The position numbers and the translations under genes are program-made. From Klebsormidium nitens (taxonomy: Eukaryota > Plantae > Klebsormidiophyceae), in NCBI GenBank assembly GCA_000708835.1, contig DF237340.1, forward strand, positions 1 to 64,000: a stretch of DNA of 64,000 bases. Direction: 5' to 3'. Positions 19,524 to 43,100 of the stretch are shown here, in pieces (positions within the stretch are counted from its first letter, which is position 1; every line of letters begins with the position of its first letter). Below the pieces are notes generated by a model that was not told the origin of the DNA, made no database searches, and saw only the letters and a list, made by a program, of their open reading frames with translations.

Positions 19524-21579
19524 CCGCGCCACGACTCAGGCCAGCCTGTGGACGACCAATATGCAGCCGAAGGCTGCGCAGCCGCGCCATGCAACCGCAC
19601 AGCCAGCGCCGACTGCAAGGCCGAATGGCCGCAGGCAGGAGGGCCCCCATGATCATGCACACCCCAAGCACGATCATCGGGCCATCATATGCCACAACTG
19701 CGGAGAGGCGGGTCACAAACGGCCCCAGTACACTAAGCCGCTTATGGTTCGGGGAGCTTCGGCTCGCACCGACGCCAGAGCAGGCTCTAAGGATCCGAAA
19801 GGGGTTCAGTGCTGGCACTGCCTACAGTACGGCCACATGGCCGCGCAGTGCACAGACAAGCAAGCCGAGGTCTCTCGACCTGGCGCCCCCAAGATGTGGT
19901 GCGATATCCACAAGCTGGATTCGCATACCACTGCTGATTGCCGAGCCGCCCCGCGCGCCAAGAGCGCCAGGCCGGCCGCTGCCCGGGCTGCTCAGGCACC
20001 CGCTAAGGACGATCGGGGTTTGCCCGAACCTACCCTGGCACAGCTCAAGGAGCTTTGGGAGGCTCATCACAACCCAAATGCCTACAAGGCCACGATTGTT
20101 CCTGCACTTGGCGCCCATGTAGCACCGGTGCACTCACGACTTACCAAGAGAATTGTGGACAAGGATGAGAGGCTCAGAGGGCCGTTGGACAATATGCAGC
20201 TCAACTTCATCCCAAGGGACTTCCTGCGCGAGCCGCACAGGCCGCCGCCTGGAATGATGACGGTACCTGAGGGTATGGTGCCTGTCCTCGAAGCCGAGCC
20301 GGATGCGCGCACTGCGCCAGAGCCTGTTCACCCTGAGCTGGTACCAGTTGAGATTGCTCCTGGTCCGACCAACGACCAGGCTGTGCTGCCGTCCCTTGAG
20401 ACGCCGCCGCCTGCGCCTAATACTGTCACTGATGACACACTGCCCGCCAGCTTCACTGAGCTGCCGGCAGATGCACCCGCGCGCCAGGGCATGGTGTACG
20501 CACCAAGTGTGCCACAGCCCGCGCTGACACCTGAGCAGGAGACTGCGCCGACGCGCCGAGGCAAGCCTCGGGCCGCGCTTGCTACCTCTCAGGACTTGTA
20601 CAATCCAGAGAACCCGAACATTAGTGCGCTGCTCAGCCACTTGCCAGGAAGCTATCACAGCGACCAAACGGCCGGGTTCCACCGCTCGCCGCGCATTGAC
20701 AACTCAGGGCTGAAGCCTGCGATGCTGATCAATGGGCGCGCGCTGAACAACTTGCTGCTGGACAGCGGAGCCGAGGCCGCAGGTCGCTCGGGCGCTGCCG
20801 CTATGGGTATCACACCCGACGTGATCGCTCCGAATGCTATCATGATCCGCACCGCTACCGGTAACTTGACCGAGCGGTTGGATCGAACGAAGGAGCCAGT
20901 CAGCTTTGTGCTGAACCCTAGTACCGCCGACGAAGTCACTGTCACGGCGCATGTGGTTATTGTAAACCAGCAGGCCGCCGACACACTGATCGGTATGAGT
21001 ATCATTGGACCCGTGGGTCTTGATCCCAGCTTCAGGAAGAAGCGCGTCAAATACTACCTTGAAGGAGATGGACAAGCGCCCCGCAAGTGCTTCTTGCGCG
21101 CCAAGTTTCCAGTCGATTACGATTCTCCCTTCGCCAATCCAGGCGGCCAGGTGCTTCAAGCCCTCGTCGGCACTGTGATATCTCGGATTCCGAGCCCGCG
21201 CAATGCGCAAGACATTGAGTTCGCTCGCAGCCGCATCGCAACCTTTCAGGCAAAGGCTCTGCCAAAGATCACTGATATCTTTGACCGAAGCATGCGCGTG
21301 CTAGCCACTCCAGACAGGGCCCCTCCTAAGATTCGGAACCCTGCATACCAGCACCTGCGGCCCCTGAGCCAAAACCTGGTTGACCTGAAAGACAAGCTGG
21401 CCACACCTGGACCAGGCTTGGTGGTCTTGGAGCTGTTCTCCGGCCTCATGGCCACAACCGAAGCGCTGTGGCGCCAAGGGATTACCGTTCGCAAAGTCTA
21501 TGCATGCGAACTGGACGCGAAGACCAGAAAGATCGCCATGAGGCGACTGGCCGTCCTGCATACGCTTTATCCTCAGCTG
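19489..21579 (+). pseudogene. Gag zinc knuckles, aspartic protease and DNMT N-terminus, element 2
   Basis: CHNCGEAGHKRPQY, CWHCLQYGHMAAQC, CDIHKLDSHTTADC; PR LLLDSGAE; DNMT motif I VLELFSGL, motif II VYACELD. Confidence 0.85.
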
Positions 21580-22459
21580 NNNNNNNNNNNNNNNNNNNNN
21601 NNNNNNNNNNNNNNNNNNNNNNNNNNNNNNNNNNNNNNNNNNNNNNNNNNNNNNNNNNNNNNNNNNNNNNNNNNNNNNNNNNNNNNNNNNNNNNNNNNNN
21701 NNNNNNNNNNNNNNNNNNNNNNNNNNNNNNNNNNNNNNNNNNNNNNNNNNNNNNNNNNNNNNNNNNNNNNNNNNNNNNNNNNNNNNNNNNNNNNNNNNNN
21801 NNNNNNNNNNNNNNNNNNNNNNNNNNNNNNNNNNNNNNNNNNNNNNNNNNNNNNNNNNNNNNNNNNNNNNNNNNNNNNNNNNNNNNNNNNNNNNNNNNNN
21901 NNNNNNNNNNNNNNNNNNNNNNNNNNNNNNNNNNNNNNNNNNNNNNNNNNNNNNNNNNNNNNNNNNNNNNNNNNNNNNNNNNNNNNNNNNNNNNNNNNNN
22001 NNNNNNNNNNNNNNNNNNNNNNNNNNNNNNNNNNNNNNNNNNNNNNNNNNNNNNNNNNNNNNNNNNNNNNNNNNNNNNNNNNNNNNNNNNNNNNNNNNNN
22101 NNNNNNNNNNNNNNNNNNNNNNNNNNNNNNNNNNNNNNNNNNNNNNNNNNNNNNNNNNNNNNNNNNNNNNNNNNNNNNNNNNNNNNNNNNNNNNNNNNNN
22201 NNNNNNNNNNNNNNNNNNNNNNNNNNNNNNNNNNNNNNNNNNNNNNNNNNNNNNNNNNNNNNNNNNNNNNNNNNNNNNNNNNNNNNNNNNNNNNNNNNNN
22301 NNNNNNNNNNNNNNNNNNNNNNNNNNNNNNNNNNNNNNNNNNNNNNNNNNNNNNNNNNNNNNNNNNNNNNNNNNNNNNNNNNNNNNNNNNNNNNNNNNNN
22401 NNNNNNNNNNNNNNNNNNNNNNNNNNNNNNNNNNNNNNNNNNNNNNNNNNNNNNNNNNN
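21580..22459. other. Assembly gap (880 N)
   Basis: Run of N. Confidence 1.
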
Positions 22460-22669
22460 ATGATCCAGAAAGCTGATGGCTCTTGGGATGAACCCACCGC
22501 TCTGGAACGCGAGCGCGCTATGGGCTTCATGGACGGGACCACTCACGTCTGTCCCTCCATCTCTGAGGCGGATCGGCGACGGATCCTGGGAAGCACGATG
22601 GACATGCACAGCCTCCACTTTCTGGTTGGCAGCATCCACTGCTTCCAGGCAGCCTTTTTCACCGATTGA
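22460..22669 (+). pseudogene. DNMT C-terminus (motifs IX-X), element 2
   Basis: WDEPTALERERAMGF...EADRRRILGSTMD aligns with element 1 WDEPNANERERIMGL...EANRRRLVGAAID. Confidence 0.88.
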
Positions 22670-22950
22670 CGGTTTGCCCGGCGCAACGAACTCGAGTCAG
22701 AGCGTTGTGACCGAATAGACGACGGCACTGTTACGCCAGAACGAGTTGCCAAGTTCGTGCAAGATGGCCTGCTGCGCCACCGCAAGCTGCGCACCCCTGC
22801 TGACCCTAGCACAGCCTCAGGAATTTCACTTGAGCTAGGGGGGGAAGAGTAGGAACGCCGTCAGAAGGAACGGCTCCGAGGGAACCTCCAGAATCGAGGC
22901 CTTCGAGTAAAATTCGGGAGAACGCTTCTTGCGAGAAGACCCTGAATGAG

Positions 22951-24207
22951 ATGCCGTCTGAGTCAGCCCTGAAAGAGGGGCATCAGGACGAAGATGGGAA
23001 GAAAGCTAGCCGCTTGAACGGCAAGCCTCTGCATGATCCTCTGGAGAAAGCTACCGAGAAGCAGCCCCAGAGTGAGAATAGGCACACCGCGCAGGAGAAT
23101 GCACCCAAAGTGGAGCCCCTGAACGCGCCTCTGGAGAAAGCTTCTGAGTCGAAGCCCCAAGGGAAGCCTCCGGAGAAAGTTCCAAAAAACGGATTCCCTC
23201 CGGCCCAGAACGGCGAGCCATCGCCTGTTGTGGCAGACCCCGATGATGAAACACCGCCTCTCGTCGATGATGAGGACGAGTTCGAACCGGATGATGAACC
23301 GCCGCCCCTCGTCGCTGAGGAGGACGCGTTCGAAACCGAGTGGGACATGGGGGATCACCTTACTCCTTACCAGAAGCGCGAGCTTCAGAATCTTTTGGAC
23401 GAATTCCATGACGTGTTTGCACGCAGCATGTCAGAGATGACGACCGTCCGGGGGGAGAAGTTCTCAATCCCGGTCACTAACGATACGCCGATCTTCCGGC
23501 ATCAGTATCGGTTGTCACAATCGGAGAAGGAGAGTCTGAATGAGCACATTGAGGAACGCATCAAGTGCGGATTCATTCGACCGTCCTCGTCCCCATGGGC
23601 CTTTCCCACAACCATGCCTCCTAAGAAGGATGAGCACGGTAACTGGACGCTTAAACGGCCATGCGGAGACTATCGCGAGCTGAACAAAGTCAGCGTCACG
23701 GATCACTACCCGTTGCCCACGCCTGAAGAGATCTTTGATCAACTCCAGAGCGCCACGTGGTTTACCACGTTGGACCTTCGTTGGGGCTATCACCAGGTCG
23801 CTATCGATGAGAAGGACTATTGCAAGACAGCTTTCTGGGGACCTCGGGGACTCTATGAACGGGTCGTGATGCCGTTCGGCCTGAAGAACGCCCCGGCCTT
23901 CTTTCAGCGCATGCTGGATACCACCTTGCGGGCTCAGTTCGAGTTCTGCCGCTGCTACATTGATGACCTGATCATCTTCAGCAAGTCGTTCGACGAGCAC
24001 TTGGTGCACTTGCGAGCGGTCTTTGAGCAGCTGCACCGCAAACGGATTCGGTGTCATCCGCCGAAGAAGATGAGGCTAGCCGTGTCAGATGTCGAGTACC
24101 TGGGCCACTTCGTGGTACCCAACGGTACCGCACCGCAGCAGGCGAAGGTTGAGGCCATCGTCAAGATGCAGGCACCACATGACATGCCCACGCTGCGCGC
24201 CTCTTAG
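22951..24207 (+). pseudogene. pol: Reverse transcriptase, element 2
   Basis: RPCGDYRELN, DHYPLP, FTTLDLRWGYHQV, MPFGLKNAPAFFQRM, CYIDDL. Frameshift near 24200. Confidence 0.93.
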
Positions 24208-24233
24208 GCACTGCCGGCTATTATCGGCGCTAT

Positions 24234-25601
24234 GTGCGGAATTACTCCCGCATCGCTGAGTCTCTAAACCGCCTCCTTCAGAAGGACGTGCCATGGGAAT
24301 GGTCAGCTCAGGCTCAAGAAGCCTTCGAGCAGTTGAAGGTCAAACTGACCGAGGCGCCTATCCTCAGGCGGCCCAACTATGACCTGCCCTTTGAGCTGCA
24401 CACTGATTGGAGCAGCGCCGGCCTGGGCGCCGTGCTCGCTCAGAGAGACGAGGAAGGCAAGGAGTACGTGGTCGCGTACGCCTCTCGTAGCAACAATCGG
24501 ACTGAGCGCAACTACTCCAGCTATCATGGAGAGTGTCTCGCCGCTGTCTGGGGAGTCCAGATCTTCCGCTGGTACCCCTATGGCCGACACTTCACGCTGA
24601 TCACGGATCACGAGCCTCTGAAGTGGCTGATGACGAACATGAGGCTCACAGGAATGCACGCCCGCTGGGCTAACATCCTTCAGGAGTACGAGTTCGAGAT
24701 CGTTCACCGCAGTGGTCTCAAGAATCTTGACGCGGACGGGCTCTCACGCAACCCGCTCCCCTCAGATCATGACCCGACCGATGCTCGGATGGATCACACT
24801 CCTAGTGACGTCTCTCACATCTCGGCCTGCTTGGCTCGCCTGGCTGTCGGATCCGATAACACTCCGTCACCCATGCCGGCCCTCATTCCAACTGCTCCTG
24901 AGCGCGAACCGCCTGAGGTTGATATGCCAGTCAAGCTTGACCGCGACATATGGCATGATGCCCCCGTGATCGAGTTCCTGCGGGACGGTACCTACCCACC
25001 TGATGCTTCGAGCCAGGTTCGGGACCGCATCTGGCACCGAGCCCAGGGCTATCACTTCGAGCACGACCTGCTGCGCAGGCGTGTTGACGGCGGTGGGTCA
25101 AAGATTGTGCTCAAGCCCGACCAGCGCGCGAACCTGATTCGCCGAGTCCACATGGACATCGGACACTTTGGTGTCAAGAAGACCTACTCACTGCTCGAGC
25201 CCACATACTGGTGGGTCGGCATGTACGGCCAGGTCGAAGTTGAGGTCAGCTTCTGTGTCGTCTGTGACCGTGTCAAGGCCACCTTCGAGGTGAAGGATCC
25301 CACGCTGAAACCGCTGCCAATCATGGGCATGTTCTACCGTTGGGGCATTGACTTGTTCAAGATGCCAGTCAAATCGACTGCCGGCAACGAGTACGTGGTT
25401 GTGATGATCGAACACTTCAGCAAGTGGATCGAGATCTTTGCCATACCAGCCAAGAAGGCTGAGTACGTTCGCGAGAAATTCATTGAGGTCCTGGCCCGCT
25501 TCGGCGCGCCAGTAGAGGTCGTTACTGACCAAGGCTCAGAGTTCGAAGGCTTGTTTGCCGAGCTCCTGATTGCCCTGTACATCGACCACTGCATCTCGTG
25601 A
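24234..25601 (+). pseudogene. pol: RNase H and integrase N-terminus/core, element 2
   Basis: ELHTDWSS, GECLAAVW, ITDHEPL; HMDIGHFG..CVVC; WGIDLFK, VTDQGSEF. Confidence 0.93.
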
Positions 25602-26403
25602 CCACGCGCAGTCCAACGGCCTGTCTGAACGGATCGTTCAGATGATGAAGAAGGCGTTGCGAAAATACTGCGTGCTGTACAACCGCACCCAGTGGGATGC
25701 ATTCCTACCTTGGATCATGATGGGTTACCGACTCAGCCGACACACGTCGCTAGGGGGATACTCGCCGTACTACCTGCTGTACAGGCGCCACCCCGTTGTG
25801 GGCATGCGCATCCGGGACATTGTGAGCGAGCCCATCGACCTCGACTCACCCGTGACAAGCGCCAGGATCCTGAGGGACCGCGCTGAGTTGTTCAAGACGG
25901 CCATGCCTATGGCGTTTGACAACCTGCTGATTGCCCAACACCGTGACACCGAGCGTTATGCCGTTGTCCGGTCTGGCGACTTCAAACCGAAGATGAAACG
26001 CTTCGAGGAAGGGGACTATGTCTACCTCCGGCAACAATCCAAGGACACCATGGAACTGGCCAAGGGCCGTATAATCCTGCGTGTGAAGCAGCTGCTCGGC
26101 ACTGGCCGCCTGCTCCCGGAAGGCCGCAGTGATGGCAAGACTATCAAAGATCATGTTGAGAATTGTGCGCCCTGCCACAATCCGAACATCGATCCATGGC
26201 AAAACCCAGCTTTCGCTGAGGACAAGGACCAAGCCTGCGAGGTTTGCCACGATACGGCTGCGAACCGACGCACCGGGCCCATGCTTCTGTGCGAACACTG
26301 CGATTCGGGCTGGCACATGAAGTGCCTGACACCGCCCATCAAGAAGCGGCCCAAGGGCGATTGGTTCTGCCCGCGGTGTCCTCTCAACCGCCCTCAGATC
26401 TGA
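25570..26403 (+). pseudogene. pol: Integrase C-terminus plus PHD finger, element 2
   Basis: QSNGLSERI (catalytic E); FKPKMKRFEEGDYVYL; PHD CEVC...LLCEHC..GWHMKCL.PP....PKGDWFCPRC. Confidence 0.92.
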
Positions 26404-26466
26404 GGCGTGTTGGCATGTACCACACTGTGACTCCCTGGTTTCCGCTCAGTCGGGACGACTTCGCCC

Positions 26467-26480
26467 AGTAGGGGGGAGGG
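26467..26480 (+). promoter_or_regulatory. Polypurine tract of element 2
   Basis: AGTAGGGGGGAGGG, downstream of the PHD stop and abutting B1. Confidence 0.8.
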
Positions 26481-26609
26481 ATCATAGATGATGTGTATGA
26501 TGCATATGAGTGACATGAGATGCCATGTATTTTTCTTTCAGCCGAGTGCGCCGAGACTTGTCGGGTATGTTATCGACATGTTACCGCAACGACCCAGGAC
26601 CGCGTGACA
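26478..26609 (+). repeat. Element 2 repeat B1 (~132 bp; start +/-3)
   Basis: Direct repeat of 27174-27306 with a few mismatches and one indel; ends GTGACA followed by GC-TGTCATGC. Confidence 0.95.
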
Positions 26610-26611
26610 GC

Positions 26612-27173
26612 TGTCATGCCGTGATCTATCGTTGTTGTAAGGGCTCGGCCCTAAGCTAGTTTTATTCCCCGCGCCTAGTTCATGCCTGCCGCTCTAGGGT
26701 GATCCCTCTGAGCCTGAGCTTCAGCACGTGGCATATCTGCTGAAGGCGTGCGCTTGATATTTGCGCGCGGCCGTTACGATTATATTTCAACCGTATGACC
26801 ACATATTTCGGCGGTTGATAACCGCGTCCAGCCACGGCGGTTATGGCGACATCGACTCCATGCGACTTGTAGACTTCCTAGGCTAGCTGTAGACTCAGAC
26901 TACCAGTTTAGACTTCGCGCGATACCACTAGACCGTAGTGACTCGACTTCGACTCTAGACTCGACTCAGATATTCCGACGACAGCGAGTATAACCTAGGA
27001 ACATTCGACTCATTCGCCAACTTTGTGCGAGTTGTGTTTTGGAGACATCAGCGCTCCCTTGTGACGATCAAGGCCGGTCGCCCTTGCATCCTCTCACCTG
27101 CATGACTTAGCACCTTCAAGCGCTTTGACGCTTCCTCCCGCTACGTTTGCCTGCTGTTTGCCACCCCCTGTGT
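26612..27173 (+). repeat. Element 2 putative repeat A2 (~562 bp)
   Basis: Lies between B1-GC and B2, starts with TG, and is similar in length to element 1 A (573 bp). Its A1 partner is not in the window. Confidence 0.7.
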
Positions 27174-27306
27174 GGGATCATAGATGATGTGTATGATGCA
27201 TATGAGTGACATGAGATGCCATGTATTTTTCTTTTAGCCGAGCCTCGCCGAGACTTGTCGGGTATGTTATCGACATGTTACCGCAACGACCCAGGACCGC
27301 GTGACA
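27174..27306 (+). repeat. Element 2 repeat B2, 3' terminus ending in CA
   Basis: Copy of 26478-26609. Homology stops exactly after CA; flank is CGTG. Confidence 0.95.
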
Positions 27307-28661
27307 CGTGCTTAACACCGGCTGGCAAACATGCAAAATGACTGCGTCTCGGACACTAATTTGCGTTCATGCAATAGGCACTGCAGCTAGGTTGAGTACT
27401 ATATACTAGGTAAGATACACGTGGTTACGTTCAATACGGGAAGGTCATATGCGCCGCGGCGGGGCAGCCGCGACGAGCAAAGAATTCAAGCCTGCTGCGG
27501 CAAGCACTGCATGAGTTCCTCACACACTGACATGAGCAGTGATGTCATTCGGAGCTGCATGATACATATATTCAACCCTCCCATAACTCAGCGTATCATT
27601 CCGAAGTTCTTCAAGTTCTAGAGGTTAGACACCGTATTTCTTGAACTTCGGCTATAACCCAAGGACTCCGCCGCCGCTGTTTATTGAAAACTTACCACTA
27701 AGTCGAAGCAAGTAAATCTATGAAGCTATCTTCAAACATCGATCTTGCCATCTATTTAAGTTGCTCTTGGCAAACCTTAGTACGTTCCGTGCGAACTTGG
27801 CGAACACGCGTAATACTGCATATAATTGCTAAATTTGCACGCATACTATGATAAGTGCGTCATGGGATCGGACGGCCACCAGTCGATTGCATAAAAAACG
27901 TCATATTCGTCTTCAATTGAGTCCCATTGAACTTCAAGTTCATGCACGCTCGAGATATTGATTTACGGTACCGTACTCAACGCTTCCATAGATCACTATT
28001 GCGCGCATGAGCGCCTATGGCCTATTTGGCTACGGCGCGGCGACTATGAAAAGAGACCATCGCCCCGCTAACTCATCAATAGTCTATATGTATGGGTGAC
28101 TAGCCCGATAAGATATTGTGTAGAATAATTTGTATACTAAGAGGCTGCATGTTGGCACGTAACATGCTGCATGCCTGGACGGTTGAAATAGTTGCGGCCC
28201 CCGGCAGGATCGATCAACACGGTTACTCCCAGAATTGAAATCCGTACGTTTTGATTGATCGAGCGCGGCCGCGCACGTGACTCGCGGACCCAGACGGCCG
28301 GCCCGCACATGCATGCAAGCCCGACGGCGAGAACTTTGTTGCGCACGCGGCTCATTATATGCTCATATGCGAGCAACACTGCTAAATCAATAGCTTTTGC
28401 AAGACTCACTTAGGCTAGAATGAAATGCATGCGATCTTAAGTTAAGTTAGTGACTGAACTCCGTGCCTGCGCTGCAAATCGATTTTGGCTATGCATCGAT
28501 TGCACCCTCAAGCATCATCTCTTACGTGCCGCGTATCAGTGTACCAGGTAACCACAGGTTGGCCCAACCACTGCCCTAAAATTCAAGTAACTGAGTTTCG
28601 CATTCCAAGCCGAGCTTTCCTCTCTACTATGGTCACAACTACCTCTCATCCCTCAAAAACT

Positions 28662-40136
<11,475 letters not shown>

Positions 40137-43100
40137 CTACAGTAACAATAAACCACTGCAGATCCTTCTCGACCGCGAATAGCCCTTAGCCCATAGGCTC
40201 GCAATTCATTGACGCATAAGCATGCAAATCATCTTAGCCGTTTTAGCATGCGTGTTTGCCTTCGCCTGTACAACTGCATTGGCGAGAAAGCGCGGCGGAA
40301 AGAAATGAGTTCAAAAAAGCATTGAGAGAATAGTAGGGAGGTCCAGAACGCTGTAAACCCGGCGTAAGACCAAACCGGATCGACCAGATACGCCTTTCAA
40401 ACATCAAGAGCTACGGCAGTTATAAGGGGGTATAAGAAGGATTGCAAAGCGTCGTTCAAGCCTTGGTAGCAGACTCAGCCTGAACTGGTGGCACACGTTA
40501 GACCGTATTGTGCAAAATGAAACCGGCGTCCCCTGCTACACAAGAACCTTGGGGCGTGGTCAGAATCTGCTGCGGAAAACCATTCTCGCCAAAGCTTCAC
40601 TGCGACCGTCTCAATGTCTTAGTCAGCTTCCTGACCAGTTGCATCAGCTTACTTTGGACTTCATTGACTCCGCGCGCTCTGAACAAGGCGACACAACAGA
40701 CGAGAAGGGCGCACACACGACTCGGTGATCAACAATTAAAAACTAAGGGGCCGCCTCAACGAAGAGGAGCAAAATGTGTTCCAGCCCCGCTCCACATGAC
40801 GCGGCACGGAAGGTGTGCCTCTGCGCAGCTTATGCGGTCGGTGGCATGTTCCACCCGTTTGAATATGAGTGCCTCCGTCGGAAGTGAAGGGTAAAAGTTT
40901 AGCGCTGATTACGCATCTGCGCATCCTCTTCTGAGAGCGCAACCTTTTAACTACCTAATCTGGAATGGGAAAGCATGATTCTTTGTCTGGCTTCCAAACA
41001 CGGCCGGTTTCATTCATGATGCTCAACCGCATCATCCAAGGTACTTGTCATGGCCAGCTTGAGAGTTTCGCTTGTAAGCCACCTCGCTCTTGCAACTTTG
41101 TGGGCAATTGCGGCAGCAGGCGATATGGAGCAAGAAGCAAGGTGACACTTTCGGACAAGCCGGTACAGTTGGCCTGGGGCACTCAAAAAACAAAAGGGGG
41201 AATCGAGGCTGCCACTTTGCAAGCATCCCCTCGCAAGTTGCTATTCAAAGCTCGCTGTGCAAGGTGCAGTTTAGCAGATTTGCTGGGGCTGAGCCGAAGG
41301 ATCAGAGGCAGATTCTTTTAGTGGCATTACATGTTCGCTCTTAGATGCTACGAGAGGGGAAACACATGGCGTCAGCGGCCGCCCGTCAGCGTTCTGGACC
41401 GGACAACATCTTTGTTGCGATGCTAGAGGCACCAATCGCGACAATCCCGGCTCGTCATTGCCAAACAGGTCGTCACGGCTCGGAAGCCCGGCGGATAGAG
41501 ATGCTTGAAGCCACAAGCAAACAATTGGGGAGGAACGCTGGCGTCGGTTTCCGAGGGCCTAGTTTGAGGAGCTGCGTCAAGCATCACCTCCTCATGACAG
41601 CGCAGTCCTCCTCGCCTCGGGTTTCAAGTATTGAAGATCTGCCATAGCTGTCCAAGATGCTTATACCGTGTGGTGGGTTCCTGGCGCATTCACTAATGTG
41701 GCAGTACCAGATTTTCACGGGGATCAGTATCAGGGAACATGACACGCAAAACAAAGCGCACCATTGAGAACACAATCCAAGAAGAGAAGCGCAAACATAG
41801 GGTTCAAATACAATAAAGAGAGGATCGCTGAGGATGGCATACTGGATGGTGGTAAGCATAGCCCATCAATATCAACATTGACGCAAAACCGTTTCGCACC
41901 AGTTGTTTAGAAAAACCAACCCAATGGACCAGGACTTAAAGGGACTACTTGTCACGTGCAAATCGGACGTCTTTTGGGCGCCTCGGGATTAGCTATGTTG
42001 CGGCGTCGCACTGCACGAGCACTCAAATCCTCATCGGCCTTGCTGATGTCAGCAGCTTAACACAATCGAGCCGCTTAAGAGGTTCTTATGTAATATTGCA
42101 ACTCTGGGGCAAACGCAGATACGCAAGGACTTTCGGAAGCAGGAAGGAACTCGGTACCGGGGAAAGCCCGTCTTCAAAATGATAGGCAAGAGCGGGAAAG
42201 TGGCACCGCCTTTGGGACGTGTAGTTGGGCACAGAATCGGCTCATACATCGCGACAAACTGTAAGATATTATAGTCCCCATCGTACGACAGCGTTTTACT
42301 AACGAGATAAGGTCGGCAAGCTCAACATGCATTTTGTATGCAGTAAGGTACTTCCTAGCGTCCTTACTGCAACGGCAACAACAGCACCTTGGATGTCAAC
42401 CCCATATGCAGTCTGGCGCCGACGCACCATTATAATGTCCTCATTGGTCCAGCCGTGCGTGAGCCTTTTTCCCTGAACCAAGATGTAAGTGCTACCTTCG
42501 CAAACGTACGTAGAGAAAGCTAAGTGGTAGCTACTTCGGGACTCTGAAGAGCGGCAGATACACATTGATAGTCGCTGAATGCGGAATAGCAAGCGGAAGT
42601 ACCGTTGAGATATCAAAATGTTTCCAAAGCTTGCTGAGATGCAGTTATTGCAGATTCGTAAAGCAAGTAGGCACCGACCTCCATCGAAGGGCACCGATGT
42701 GACGTATCTGCTTGCGAAGCAACAGAGCAACCAAGTCTGCGACCGGTTGCGGACCGCATGCTTGGTGGAACTCCCAACAAATCACCACTTTACGATGCAA
42801 ACCACGGAGATGGCAAGATGCACTGCCACGATCCCTAAATCCAAATAAGGGACAAAGCGGCAAATCTGCCATTAGCTGCCGCTAGATTTCTGAGGATGAT
42901 AAGGAGCTCGTGCAAGAGGAGCTGGGTAATGGACGTTACGTGGGTTGCAGCTTTAGTGATAAAAATAAAGATGTTCAGCCTCGGATCTGCGCTTGCCCGA
43001 ATGACGCATGCACGGGTGCGCCATGATGTAGTAGCAATCATCACGGGCGGCTCACCGAGCACAACCTGGATTAGAAAATAGCCCAGAGAGGGTGCACACA

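Larger units (their letters stand above)
16750..27306 (+). mobile_element. Element 2: Ty3/Gypsy-type DNMT/PHD retrotransposon with B1-A2-B2 3' end; 5' end not in window, decayed, spans an assembly gap
   Basis: gag-CCHC-PR-DNMT-(gap)-RT-RH-INT-PHD, then PPT and B1-GC-A2-B2 ending in CA at 27305-27306. The gap falls inside the DNMT and its size is roughly consistent with the missing part. A join of two different copies cannot be excluded. Confidence 0.82.

Noticed and set aside
40653-40678. Candidate further PI3K 5' micro-exon
   Set aside because: Phase is incompatible with the next exon, so the 5' end was left unresolved.
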